Origin: a bacterium | GTDB lineage: Bacteria > CLD3 > SB21 | Reading direction: 5' to 3' | Assembly (NCBI GenBank): GCA_013359335.1 | Contig: JABWBZ010000002.1 | Coordinates: forward strand, 1 to 40,717 | DNA: 40,717 nucleotides | Part shown: piece after piece, positions 18,906-27,549 of the stretch | Numbering within the stretch: position 1 is the stretch's first letter | Layout: each line of letters opens with the position of its first letter | Notes under the pieces: model-generated | The model's input: the letters and a program-made list of their open reading frames with translations, nothing else | The model's database searches: none | What the model was told of the DNA's origin: nothing | Program-made: the position numbers and the translations under genes

Positions 18906-20045
18906 TTAAACGTGCTCCAATGCCTGACGGATATCGGCAATCAAATCTTCGCTGTCTTCGCATCCGACCGAAAGCCGGACAAGTCCATCCGTCAAACCCA
19001 ATTTCATCCGGTCTTCCTGCGGCACCGACGCATGCGTCATGCTCGCCGGATGACAAATCAAACTTTCAACACCTCCGAGGCTTTCGGCTAATGCAAAAAT
19101 TTTAACGTTACGTAAAAGATTTTTTCCATTTTCAATCGAACCTAATTCGATGGAAATCATTCCGCCGAAACCCGACATTTGTTTTTTGGCAAGCGCGTGC
19201 TGAGGATGCGACGGCAAACCGGGATAATAAATTTTTTTCACTTTCGGATGTTCCGACAGAAATTTGGCCATGTGCATCGCGTTGTCATTATGCTGGCGCA
19301 TGCGCAGCCCGAGCGTTTTCGTTGCGCGCAACACGAGAAAACAATCCATTGGCGAAGGAACCGCGCCAATCGCGTTCTGTAAAAATCTGAGTTTCTCGTG
19401 AATGCCGTCGTCACTCGTAACGACGATCCCGCCGATCACGTCGCTGTGGCCGTTGATATATTTTGTCGTACTGTGTATGACAATATCGGTTCCGAACGTC
19501 AACGGCGTTTGAAAATACGGGCTCATGAACGTATTGTCGACGACGGAAATCAATGTATTTTTTTTAGCAATATTCACAACGGCCTGCAGATCGGTGATCG
19601 ACAACATCGGATTCGTCGGCGTTTCGACGTAAATCATTTTCGTGTTCGGACGAACGGCTTTTTCGATCTGGCTTGCGTCCGACGTATCGATCCACGACGC
19701 TTCCAGGTTAAAACGCTTCATGATTTTATCGAAAAAACGAAACGTACCGCCGTAGACATTGTTCGAAATGATCACGTGATCGCCGCCGTTGAGCAGCGCG
19801 GCAATATTGGTAATCGCCGCCATGCCGCTGGCAAAAGCAATTCCGTGTTTTCCTTTCTCGAGCGCGGCAATATTTTTTTCAAGCGCGATGCGCGTCGGAT
19901 TGATCGTACGGCCGTAATCGAAACCTTTGGATTTGCCCAATTCCTCCTGTGCGTACGTCGACGTGAAATAAACCGGCGTCATCACCGCGCCGGTAGTCGG
20001 ATCAGGAATCTGCCCCGCATGAATCGCATCCGTCTGAAAACCCAT
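18906..20045 (-). CDS. Cystathionine gamma-lyase/gamma-synthase family PLP enzyme
   Basis: 379 aa of the Cys/Met-metabolism PLP family. PLP-lysine motif STTKYINGHSD. Directly downstream of cystathionine beta-synthase, which suggests reverse transsulfuration. Confidence 0.9.
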   Translation of the reverse strand: MGFQTDAIHAGQIPDPTTGAVMTPVYFTSTYAQEELGKSKGFDYGRTINPTRIALEKNIAALEKGKHGIAFASGMAAITNIAALLNGGDHVIISNNVYGGTFRFFDKIMKRFNLEASWIDTSDASQIEKAVRPNTKMIYVETPTNPMLSITDLQAVVNIAKKNTLISVVDNTFMSPYFQTPLTFGTDIVIHSTTKYINGHSDVIGGIVVTSDDGIHEKLRFLQNAIGAVPSPMDCFLVLRATKTLGLRMRQHNDNAMHMAKFLSEHPKVKKIYYPGLPSHPQHALAKKQMSGFGGMISIELGSIENGKNLLRNVKIFALAESLGGVESLICHPASMTHASVPQEDRMKLGLTDGLVRLSVGCEDSEDLIADIRQALEHV

Positions 20046-20120
20046 AATTTTTCCTTTTTATTTATTGCCGATTGACGATTCGTCCATTTCGGATCGATCG
20101 TCAATACTTAATTGAAATAA

Positions 20121-21476
20121 TTACTTTCCCATCGCCGCTAAATAATCGAGAAGATCGATTCGCGTCATGATGCTCACCGGTTTACGATGTTCGTCGACAA
20201 CGACGACAGCCTGACTTTTGCTCAGCATTTCCTGCAACGTTGTAATCGGCGTATTAAAGCCGACGACCGGCACCTGACGGTTCATACATTTCGAAACTAA
20301 TGAATGCGGCGCACCGGCGCCCGACGCGAGAAATTCCATCAAATCAGCTTCCGAAACGATTCCGACTAACACGCCGCCGGAAGTTACCGGTAATTGAGAA
20401 ATACCTTTTTCCCGCATTTTGGAAACGATCATCTGGATGGATTGCATATCGTCAGCGCACACAAGCTGAGGTCTCGGCGATTTGTCCAAAATATCTTTCA
20501 CTTTGCCTTTGATCGGTTGCGTTTCAAAAAATCCGTTATCGCGCATCCATTTATCGTCGACAAATTTCGTCATATAATTGCGCACGCCGTCCGGCAGCAC
20601 GACCACGCAATTTTGTCCTTTTTTCAATGAAGGCGCTTTTTGTAAAGCAGCGTACATAGCCGATCCGCTGGAACCGCCGACCAATAATCCTTCTTCACGA
20701 ATCAATCGCCGCGACAACAGGAACGATTGCTGATCTTCCGTTTTCACCCATTCGTCGATGAGGTCGCGATCGAGCACATCCGGAATAAAATCGTAACCAA
20801 TACCTTCGACTTTGTACGTTCCCACTTGCGTCCCGCCGCCTAAAATCGACCCAACCGGATCGGCTCCGACGATGCGGCAATTCGGCGCGACTTCTTTGAT
20901 GCGTTTGGCAACGCCGGTGATCGAACCGCCGGTGCCTGCTCCCATCACCACCATATCAACTTTGCCGTCCATGGCTTCGAGAATTTCTTTGGCCGTTGTT
21001 TCGTAATGAACGAGCGGATTATTGGGATTTGAATATTGATCGAGGATGTGCGCGTTAGGCAATTCCGACTGAAGCCGGCGCGCAACGCTGATGTGGCTTT
21101 CGGGCGAATCGAATGACGCTTCTGTCGGCGTACGGATAATTTCCGCGCCGAGCGCTTCGAGTACCACTTGCTTTTCACGGCTCATCTTTTCAGGCATCGT
21201 GATGATCACGCGATAACCGCGTACCGCCCCCGCGAGCGCAATGCCGATGCCTGTATTGCCGCTCGTCGGCTCGATCAACGTGTCGCCGGGTTTGATGCGT
21301 CCTTCCTTTTCTGCCGCTTCCACCATCGATTTGCCGATACGGTCTTTGAGCGATCCCCCAGGATTGAGAAATTCACATTTTGCAAAAAGATTGCACTCCA
21401 AATGCGCGCCAACGCGATTGAGCCGAACCATCGGCGTGCGGCCGATCACTTCCAGGATGTTGTTGTAATAAACCAT
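20121..21476 (-). CDS. Cystathionine beta-synthase (PALP catalytic domain + C-terminal CBS pair)
   Basis: 451 aa. NPGGSLKDRIG (PLP Lys), SGNTGIGIA and GTGGSITG motifs, then two CBS repeats in the last ~120 aa. Confidence 0.9.
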   Translation of the reverse strand: MVYYNNILEVIGRTPMVRLNRVGAHLECNLFAKCEFLNPGGSLKDRIGKSMVEAAEKEGRIKPGDTLIEPTSGNTGIGIALAGAVRGYRVIITMPEKMSREKQVVLEALGAEIIRTPTEASFDSPESHISVARRLQSELPNAHILDQYSNPNNPLVHYETTAKEILEAMDGKVDMVVMGAGTGGSITGVAKRIKEVAPNCRIVGADPVGSILGGGTQVGTYKVEGIGYDFIPDVLDRDLIDEWVKTEDQQSFLLSRRLIREEGLLVGGSSGSAMYAALQKAPSLKKGQNCVVVLPDGVRNYMTKFVDDKWMRDNGFFETQPIKGKVKDILDKSPRPQLVCADDMQSIQMIVSKMREKGISQLPVTSGGVLVGIVSEADLMEFLASGAGAPHSLVSKCMNRQVPVVGFNTPITTLQEMLSKSQAVVVVDEHRKPVSIMTRIDLLDYLAAMGK

Positions 21477-21499
21477 TTCCGTCTGTTGTTAAAAGTACA

Positions 21500-21525
21500 T
21501 AAAAAAAGCGGAACCGATTTCCGCC
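21500..21525 (-). terminator. Putative rho-independent terminator or attenuator after the Roadblock pair
   Basis: The minus-strand RNA after the stop reads ttgatcag-gcggaa-atcgg-ttccgc-ttttttt. Stem 21508-21513 / 21519-21524, with the U-run being the complement of 21501-21507. Only ~24 nt separate it from the CBS start codon. Confidence 0.55.
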
Positions 21526-21532
21526 TGATCAA

Positions 21533-21937
21533 TTAAAAAACAATTTCTTTTTTCTGCATCATGGCCGCCGTTGCGTCCACATACTCCAGCGTCTTCTTCA
21601 TCATCACGCTGATGCGGTTTTTGTCTTCGCCGGCGACAATGATAAACGTATGAGGCGCCAATTGCGTCACCAGCACGTACCGCCGGTCGCCGACCGAAAC
21701 ATTGGTACGAACCGCTTCATTCATCTGATCGGACGTGACGCCGGGGATTGCAAAAATTTTTTTGCCGTAATCCATAAAAACCGACGCCATCGCCGCCAGT
21801 TGCGCATCCGCTTGTTCGTCAGGCGAGTTGGAACTGAGCACAAATCCTTCTTCCGAAACGAGCGCGACTACGGATTTTGCATCGACAGATTCGATGTCTT
21901 TGATGAGTTTGTCGAAATAAGTTTTATGTGAAAGCAT
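21533..21937 (-). CDS. Roadblock/LC7-like domain protein (divergent)
   Basis: 134 aa. The pattern AKSVVALVSEEGFVLSS ... AAMASVF ... YVLVTQLAPHTFIIVAG follows the Roadblock alpha-beta-alpha layout. Lies 18 nt after a canonical Roadblock gene. Confidence 0.6.
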   Translation of the reverse strand: MLSHKTYFDKLIKDIESVDAKSVVALVSEEGFVLSSNSPDEQADAQLAAMASVFMDYGKKIFAIPGVTSDQMNEAVRTNVSVGDRRYVLVTQLAPHTFIIVAGEDKNRISVMMKKTLEYVDATAAMMQKKEIVF

Positions 21938-21955
21938 GAAATTTTGCTTTGCAGT

Positions 21956-22306
21956 TTAATTGACGTGGGATTTTAATTCTTTTAACGCGGTATTGATATC
22001 GAATAAAACCAAACCGAGTTTGGCATTGGTCGTTGTAAATACGGTCAAGAGCGTGTCGCGTCCCGCCCGGGTAATCACAATAAATCCTTCTTTCGCGCGG
22101 ATAGTGATTTGAGACATTTGGCCGATCATGGCGTCTTCGGAACTGGTTTCGCCCTGATTCAGCAAAGCGGCTGAAATCGCGGCCACTCTTTCCGCCTCGA
22201 TTGAGTCGGGCAATAACGATGAAATGATCAAGCCGTCGTTACTGACTAAAGCCACAGCGCTCACACCGGGCGTGTCGTTGCGCAATCGTTTCAAAATCTC
22301 TTCCAT
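21956..22306 (-). CDS. Roadblock/LC7 (MglB-like) domain protein
   Basis: 116 aa. PGVSAVALVSNDGLIISS, AAISAALLNQGE, FIVITRAGRDTLLTVFTTTNAKLGLVLFD is a typical Roadblock/LC7 sequence pattern. Confidence 0.8.
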   Translation of the reverse strand: MEEILKRLRNDTPGVSAVALVSNDGLIISSLLPDSIEAERVAAISAALLNQGETSSEDAMIGQMSQITIRAKEGFIVITRAGRDTLLTVFTTTNAKLGLVLFDINTALKELKSHVN

Positions 22307-22494
22307 GCTCTACCTGCCTGATAGGATTAATTGTGATCGGATCAGCCGAAATTTCTTGCAATAAAAGAACGGGCAATGTTACAGAATTAATTGAATAATG
22401 TCAATAAAGGAAGTTAGTGAAGCATAGGATATTCATTCAAAATCTTTGAACGCTCTATTTTAAAAATCTCCTGAGCCGCTGTCACATGCGTCCG

Positions 22495-22878
22495 TCATGT
22501 TTCCAGGCCTTCTTCTTCTTCATCTTCGCGGAAACTTTCAAGCGCCGTTTCCCGGTTTTCAAAAAATTCGAACACGCGGTCGAGTTTGGCAATTTTGAAC
22601 ATGCTCAATACTTTTTCGAACGCGCCGACGATCCGCAGATCGCCCCCGTCTTCGCTGAAAATACGGCGCCCAAAAAGTAACGCGCCCAACCCGGAACTGT
22701 CGACAAAGTTTACCTCGGAAAGATCGACGATAACCTTGCAAATTCCCTCATTGCGGAGCGCTAAAAATTCCTGTTTGTAATGCGATGAAATCCGGCTGTC
22801 GACGCGTTCGTCATGAATGCGCATGATGACCACGTCATCGATTTCTTCGTTATCGAAATGAATGGCAAGCCCTTCCAT
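22495..22878 (-). CDS. STAS-domain protein (anti-sigma-factor antagonist, SpoIIAA/RsbV-like)
   Basis: DLSEVNFVDSSGLGALLF contains the conserved phosphorylatable-Ser DSSG motif. The track start at 22905 is a TTG. I prefer the ATG at 22878, which is preceded by gaggtg. That start is 23 nt after the stop of the upstream ATPase. Confidence 0.85.
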   Translation of the reverse strand: MEGLAIHFDNEEIDDVVIMRIHDERVDSRISSHYKQEFLALRNEGICKVIVDLSEVNFVDSSGLGALLFGRRIFSEDGGDLRIVGAFEKVLSMFKIAKLDRVFEFFENRETALESFREDEEEEGLET

Positions 22879-22901
22879 AGGCACCTCGCTTTTATTACAA
22901 T

Positions 22902-23894
22902 TCAAACCGACATTGATTGACGATCAATTAAATGGCAGCTTACAAAATGTCCGCGAATTTCTTTTAATTCCGGCTCTATTTCTTTGCAAATATTTTCGGC
23001 ATGCGGACATCGTGTATGAAATGAACACCCTTTTGGAATATTGGCCGGACTTGGCACGTCCCCTTTCAATTCAATGCGCTGCTTTTTGATTTCCGGATCC
23101 GGAATCGGTACTGCCGACAACAGCGCCTGCGTGTACGGATGCAGCGGATTTTTATAAATCGATCGGGCGTCTGCCAGTTCGACAATTTTACCGAGATACA
23201 TCACCGCGATCCGGTCCGAAATGTGCCGGACGACCGCAAGATCATGCGCTATGAACAGCATCGTCAACGAAAGTTTTTGTTTGAGTTCAGTTAAAAGGTT
23301 GACGATTTGCGCCTGAATCGAAACGTCTAATGCCGAAACCGGTTCATCGCAAACAATAAACGACGGATTCACGGACAAAGCCCGTGCAATGCCAATCCGC
23401 TGGCGCTGGCCGCCGGAAAATTCATGCGGAAAATTGCCCGCTTTACCGGCAGGCAGTCCAACCATTTCCATTAATTCGCCGATTTTGCGATCCGCCTGCG
23501 CACCTTCAGCGATTCCATGAACATAAAAAATCTCCCGTAACATCGCGTCGACGGTTTGGCGCGGATTGAGCGAACTGAATGGATCCTGAAAAACCATTTG
23601 CATCTTACGCCGTACGGCCCGCAAATCCTTGCCGGACAAGGCCGTCACGTCACGCCCTTCCAGCCTCACCGTACCGCCTGTTGGCTCGATCACCCTGATC
23701 ACGCAGCGTCCGGTTGTACTTTTACCGCAGCCGGATTCGCCGACCAAACCCAACGTTTCCCCATGCCTGATCGAAAACGACACGCCGCCTACCGCATGAA
23801 CGGCGGCGGTTGATCGTGAAAAAAATTTTTTTTTGACAGGAAAAATTTTTCGAAGATTTGCAACTTCGATTAGAACATCCGATGGCGGATTCAT
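22902..23894 (-). CDS. Opp/Dpp-type ABC transporter ATP-binding protein (OppF/DppF-like), orphan
   Basis: Walker A GESGCGKST, QMVFQDPFSSLNPR (Opp/Dpp hallmark), signature FSGGQRQR, Walker B FIVCDEPVSALD. The C-terminal oligopeptide-transporter extension carries a Cys/His cluster (CSFHTRCPHAENIC...VSCH). Confidence 0.9.
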   Translation of the reverse strand: MNPPSDVLIEVANLRKIFPVKKKFFSRSTAAVHAVGGVSFSIRHGETLGLVGESGCGKSTTGRCVIRVIEPTGGTVRLEGRDVTALSGKDLRAVRRKMQMVFQDPFSSLNPRQTVDAMLREIFYVHGIAEGAQADRKIGELMEMVGLPAGKAGNFPHEFSGGQRQRIGIARALSVNPSFIVCDEPVSALDVSIQAQIVNLLTELKQKLSLTMLFIAHDLAVVRHISDRIAVMYLGKIVELADARSIYKNPLHPYTQALLSAVPIPDPEIKKQRIELKGDVPSPANIPKGCSFHTRCPHAENICKEIEPELKEIRGHFVSCHLIDRQSMSV

Positions 23895-23980
23895 GAATTT
23901 AGATCAGGTTGCGGAGAAGATTAAATCTTTTTGAAGGTAAGGACTGATCGGGCGAAAGTCAAGCAGACGGAAATGAAAAA

Positions 23981-24019
23981 AATTAAAGAAAAAAAGGCTG
24001 CTCATACGAACAGCCTCTT
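23981..24019 (-). terminator. Rho-independent terminator after the desaturase gene
   Basis: Minus-strand RNA: aagaggctg-ttcgtatgag-cagcctttt followed by more U. Stem 23992-24000 / 24011-24019 including one G-U pair. Starts 7 nt after the desaturase stop. Confidence 0.6.
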
Positions 24020-24025
24020 AAAATT

Positions 24026-24778
24026 TTATTTCGACATATCGGAAATCTTCACATGCGCTAACCGGAAAAACATCAGAATCCGGATATACATCCAGCCGAT
24101 ATCAAATTCAAACCATTTCGATGAAAATTTGCTCGACGCCGGATATTTATGATGATTGTTGTGCAATTCTTCGCCTCCAAGCAAAATACCGATCGGCACG
24201 ATATTACGGCTCTCGTCTTCGACTTTGTAATTGCGATAACCCAGGTAATGCCCGATGCCATTGATCACGCCGGCGGCCCAGAACGGAATCCACACCATCT
24301 GAATCGCCCACACCAGCAATCCGTATCCGACATTAAATAAAACAATATCGATCGCCAGCAGCGTCAATACGCCGACAAATTGCAGTTTCGTGAAAATATA
24401 TTTTTCCAACCAATCATTGACAACGCCTTTGCCGTACTTTTCCATAACGGCCATGTTTTTTGTCGCTTTGCGGTAATAGTACACGCCTGCAAACAAAACG
24501 CCTAACACGCCGTGATTGACGGGACTGTGCGGATCGTCCGGTTGATCGGTAAACGCATGATGCTTGCGATGGCAGGCTACCCACTCGCGGGTATTCAACC
24601 CGGTGGAAAGCCACAGCCAAAACCGCATCAGGTGGCTCACCGGCGCTTTGATCGTCAACCCGCCGTGAGTCTGATCGCGATGAAGGTATAAACTGACGCA
24701 TACCGTTGTAAAATGGCCACTGATACATGCAATCAAAATAGGCAGCCACCAATGTTCGGTCAGAACGTTCCAGATCAT
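24026..24778 (-). CDS. Membrane fatty-acid (acyl-CoA/acyl-lipid) desaturase
   Basis: 250 aa with TM helices and three histidine boxes: HRDQTH, HRKHH and HNNHH. Confidence 0.85.
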   Translation of the reverse strand: MIWNVLTEHWWLPILIACISGHFTTVCVSLYLHRDQTHGGLTIKAPVSHLMRFWLWLSTGLNTREWVACHRKHHAFTDQPDDPHSPVNHGVLGVLFAGVYYYRKATKNMAVMEKYGKGVVNDWLEKYIFTKLQFVGVLTLLAIDIVLFNVGYGLLVWAIQMVWIPFWAAGVINGIGHYLGYRNYKVEDESRNIVPIGILLGGEELHNNHHKYPASSKFSSKWFEFDIGWMYIRILMFFRLAHVKISDMSK

Positions 24779-24990
24779 TACAAACTCCTTGTGTGATTCA
24801 AAAAATGAAGTAAAAACATTGAAAACATCTGAAAGGCAAGATAAAAATTACTGCGAACTTTTCTCTGGATTGAGTCAATATGTTTCAGTGCGTTGTCTCG
24901 GATATAGTAAGAACAAATTCGGCGAATGTCAAAATATATTATCATAATCTTTTGATTAAATAGCGGTTGCGTTGAATTACTCAACGGCGA

Positions 24991-26256
24991 TCAGAATAAC
25001 GCACGAATCAGTCCGATCACAATCCCGATGGCAAAACCGGCAACCGCGCCGTTGACGCGAATCCATTGCATATCGTCGTACGTGCGGGATTTGAATTGCT
25101 CCTTGATGGCCTCCGGCGAAAGGCGAAGAATATTTTCCTCAACCATTTCCCCGATGCGGTGATGATGACGCGCCAGAAGTTCGCCGACCAGGTTCAGAAT
25201 TTTTCGATTAATTTCCGATTTCAATTCTGCATCCGATTTCAATCGCCCGATAAGCCGCTCGATGCCCTCGCGGATCATTTTATTCAAAACGCTTTCATCG
25301 GAACGGATTTGATCGTCAAAATTATTTCGGATATTTTGGATCATTCGTTGAATCCATGCCTCCGTATCGACGTTCTGAATCAGCCCGCGCCCCAATTCAT
25401 TGACGTCGACCGCGGCGGTTGAACGATCGTCCATAAGTTTTTGAGCCCAGTCCAATGTAAGTTCGTTCAGCCGTTCGCGTAATGGATGGAATTCGTCGTA
25501 CTGAATGTCTTCCAGGAATCGCGTAAGTTTTATGATCGTTTTATCGGTAGCGTCCGCCGGATCGAAGAATAATTGTTTGAAAAACCCGCCGCGTTCCTCC
25601 GCCATTTTTTCATAAATCAGGTCGTACGCTTCTTTCGTAGATAGCGCTGCGATGAATTTGTCAGCCAGAAACGGGATTAAACGATTCATGAGTTCACGAA
25701 CGCGCCCGTTATTCAGATGTTGGCCAATCCACCGGCTGATACGAATGTCGGCTAATTTTTCTTTCGCCAGTGCGGATAATTTTTCCTGCATGGCCGGCTG
25801 TTCGAGAAATTCAAAAAATTTATTCATCAGCCATCGGACCAACGCCGTCGTTTCGCCTTTGCGGTGCATCGACGCGAGCATTTCCGCCATCGCATCGCTC
25901 ACGTCGATCTGGGACAACATTTTGCCGATGCTTTCGCGCGACAACCATTCATTAGCGACCAATTTACCGGCGCCTTGAGCGATGGCTTTTTGTTTCCGCG
26001 GAATGATACCCGATGCCGGCACGATGCGCCACCGGCCGATTTTGATTTCATCGAAAATCATTTTCACGGCCAGCCAGTCGGCGGCGCCTCCCACCGTCCC
26101 CGCTTCAAAACCCGTTTGTAACACGCCCATCCACAGCGGCGCCCATTCCGGAAAAAGCCTGACGACGACAGACGTGCCGATCAGCCCGGACAATACCGCA
26201 AAAAAAGAAAACTCACCTTTATGTTTGAAAAAAAATTGAGAGGAAGTTGGATTCAT
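24991..26256 (-). CDS. DUF445-family membrane-associated protein
   Basis: About 421 aa. N-terminal TM segment, GGAADWLAVKMIF motif, long helical middle and a C-terminal TM helix (GFAIGIVIGLIRALF), as in DUF445/YjiN-type proteins. The track start at 26265 is a TTG, so the ATG at 26256 is used here. Confidence 0.6.
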   Translation of the reverse strand: MNPTSSQFFFKHKGEFSFFAVLSGLIGTSVVVRLFPEWAPLWMGVLQTGFEAGTVGGAADWLAVKMIFDEIKIGRWRIVPASGIIPRKQKAIAQGAGKLVANEWLSRESIGKMLSQIDVSDAMAEMLASMHRKGETTALVRWLMNKFFEFLEQPAMQEKLSALAKEKLADIRISRWIGQHLNNGRVRELMNRLIPFLADKFIAALSTKEAYDLIYEKMAEERGGFFKQLFFDPADATDKTIIKLTRFLEDIQYDEFHPLRERLNELTLDWAQKLMDDRSTAAVDVNELGRGLIQNVDTEAWIQRMIQNIRNNFDDQIRSDESVLNKMIREGIERLIGRLKSDAELKSEINRKILNLVGELLARHHHRIGEMVEENILRLSPEAIKEQFKSRTYDDMQWIRVNGAVAGFAIGIVIGLIRALF

Positions 26257-26280
26257 GCGAGGCAATGGTGTGCGAAACGT

Positions 26281-26952
26281 TTATTTCAAACGGCTCAAAA
26301 TCCATCCGCTGGTAATTTTTTTCGTTTCTTTATAAATCGCTTCGTGCACGGCTTCGGGCGATTGGCTGCCGTCGATGATACGAAAACGTTTGGCGTGAGT
26401 CTGGGCCAATTGCAGATACCCGTTTCGGATGCGGTTAAAGAAATCCTGATCTTCACTTTCCAGACGGTCCATGTGGCCGTTGCTCTTACGGCGGCGCGAC
26501 TCTTCCCACGTGATATCGATAAAAAACGTCAATTGCGGCGTGAGCCCGCCGGTCGCCAGCAGATTGGCTCGTTTGACGTTTTCGAGATCGATGCCGCGGC
26601 CGTAACCCTGATACGCCGTAGTGGAATCGAAAAACCGATCGATCAAAACGACGTCGCGTTCCCGCATGCCGGGAATAATTCTTTCGTAGACAATTTGCGC
26701 TCGAGCCGCTTCATATAAGAGCAGTTCCGTCATCGCGCCCATTTCAGCGTGTTGATTCGACAGAAGAATTTTGCGGATTTCTTCAGAGATCGGCGTGCCG
26801 CCCGGATCGCGCAGCGTCAGTACATTAAACGTATCCGCGCGCAGCCTTTCGGCAAGCTTCTCCACCTGCGTCGATTTACCGCAGGCATCAATGCCTTCGA
26901 AACTTATAAAAAGCCCGTTCGCCACGTGAATCTCCGGTTTTTTGTTAAACAT
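26281..26952 (-). CDS. tmk: dTMP (thymidylate) kinase
   Basis: FISFEGIDACGKSTQ P-loop, LTLRDPGGT and DRFFDSTTAYQG motifs. Confidence 0.95.
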   Translation of the reverse strand: MFNKKPEIHVANGLFISFEGIDACGKSTQVEKLAERLRADTFNVLTLRDPGGTPISEEIRKILLSNQHAEMGAMTELLLYEAARAQIVYERIIPGMRERDVVLIDRFFDSTTAYQGYGRGIDLENVKRANLLATGGLTPQLTFFIDITWEESRRRKSNGHMDRLESEDQDFFNRIRNGYLQLAQTHAKRFRIIDGSQSPEAVHEAIYKETKKITSGWILSRLK

Positions 26953-27071
26953 TTCGGACGGACGAATGTAAAAAATTTATCCTAATAAGGAAAGTAATAA
27001 TTAGAATTTGCTCAAGCTGATTTTAAATCCGTGAAAATCCGTCTGATCAGCGATATCTGTGTTCTATTGAA

Positions 27072-27334
27072 TTACTTAAGAAGACGATCATAATCTGCAT
27101 GCGAACCGATCCAGAACCACGTCATGCGTTCGCCATCGGCATATCCCAAAGCCCGCCATCCTTTTCCGATTCGAACGGAATATATATTTTCCTGAATCTG
27201 GATTTTTTTAATTGAAGACTGGGGTGGTGAGGATTGGATTGCCAGATCAGATAATTCTTCTTAGCTAATTCACGAATTTCTTTAGGAAGCTTACGATAAA
27301 GATCAACGAAACTCTCCGTTACGCGTGATTTCAT
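27072..27334 (-). pseudogene. ParE/RelE-superfamily toxin interrupted by a 1-nt frameshift in an A7 run
   Basis: Frame 1 (27334 down to 27203) gives MKSRVTESFVDLYRKLPKEIRELAKKNYLIWQSNPHHPSLQLKK. A shift of one base at the T7/A7 run (27203-27209) continues as IQIQENIYSVRIGKGWRALGYADGERMTWFWIGSHADYDRLLK*, with the stop at 27072-27074. Joined, this is an ~87-aa ParE-like toxin. The track ORF 27122..27334 ends in out-of-frame sequence. Confidence 0.75.
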
Positions 27335-27549
27335 AATTCGTCAAATCCTGCGTCGCGGTATTTTCCTTCTTTGACTTCGGATTTGGCTTTGGCGGCCATT
27401 GCAGCCAATTGATCCTGGCTCTTGGCAAATCGCTCATCCCATTCAACTTCTTCTTTGAGTTCCTCGAGCCATTGAGCCGCCATCGCTTCTTGCATATCTT
27501 CCGGCAACTTAGAAGCTTCTTCAATGAGTTTGGTCAGCGTTTTCGTCAT
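27331..27549 (-). CDS. Putative antitoxin of the ParE/RelE-like pair
   Basis: 72-aa acidic helical protein. Its stop overlaps the toxin start in an ATGA arrangement (27331-27334), as is typical of type II TA operons. Family not recognised by eye. Confidence 0.6.
   Translation of the reverse strand: MTKTLTKLIEEASKLPEDMQEAMAAQWLEELKEEVEWDERFAKSQDQLAAMAAKAKSEVKEGKYRDAGFDEL

Noticed and set aside
19398-20075. Long antisense ORFs opposite real genes: 19398..20075(+), 33922..34539(-), 1426..2037(+), 11542..12054(+), 29719..30222(+), 31912..32382(+), 34612..35091(-), 26221..26718(+).
   Set aside because: Each lies entirely within, or nearly within, a strongly supported gene on the other strand that has clear catalytic motifs. 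Their translations are low-complexity and Arg/Ser/Pro-rich with no recognisable motifs. These are typical shadow ORFs.
24778-24984. 68-aa ORF in the spacer upstream of the desaturase, together with 23931..24152(+) and 8559..8741(+).
   Set aside because: These are AT-rich promoter or terminator regions. The translations are low-complexity (Phe/Ile/Lys/Asn-rich) and lack start-site support. They are probably non-coding.
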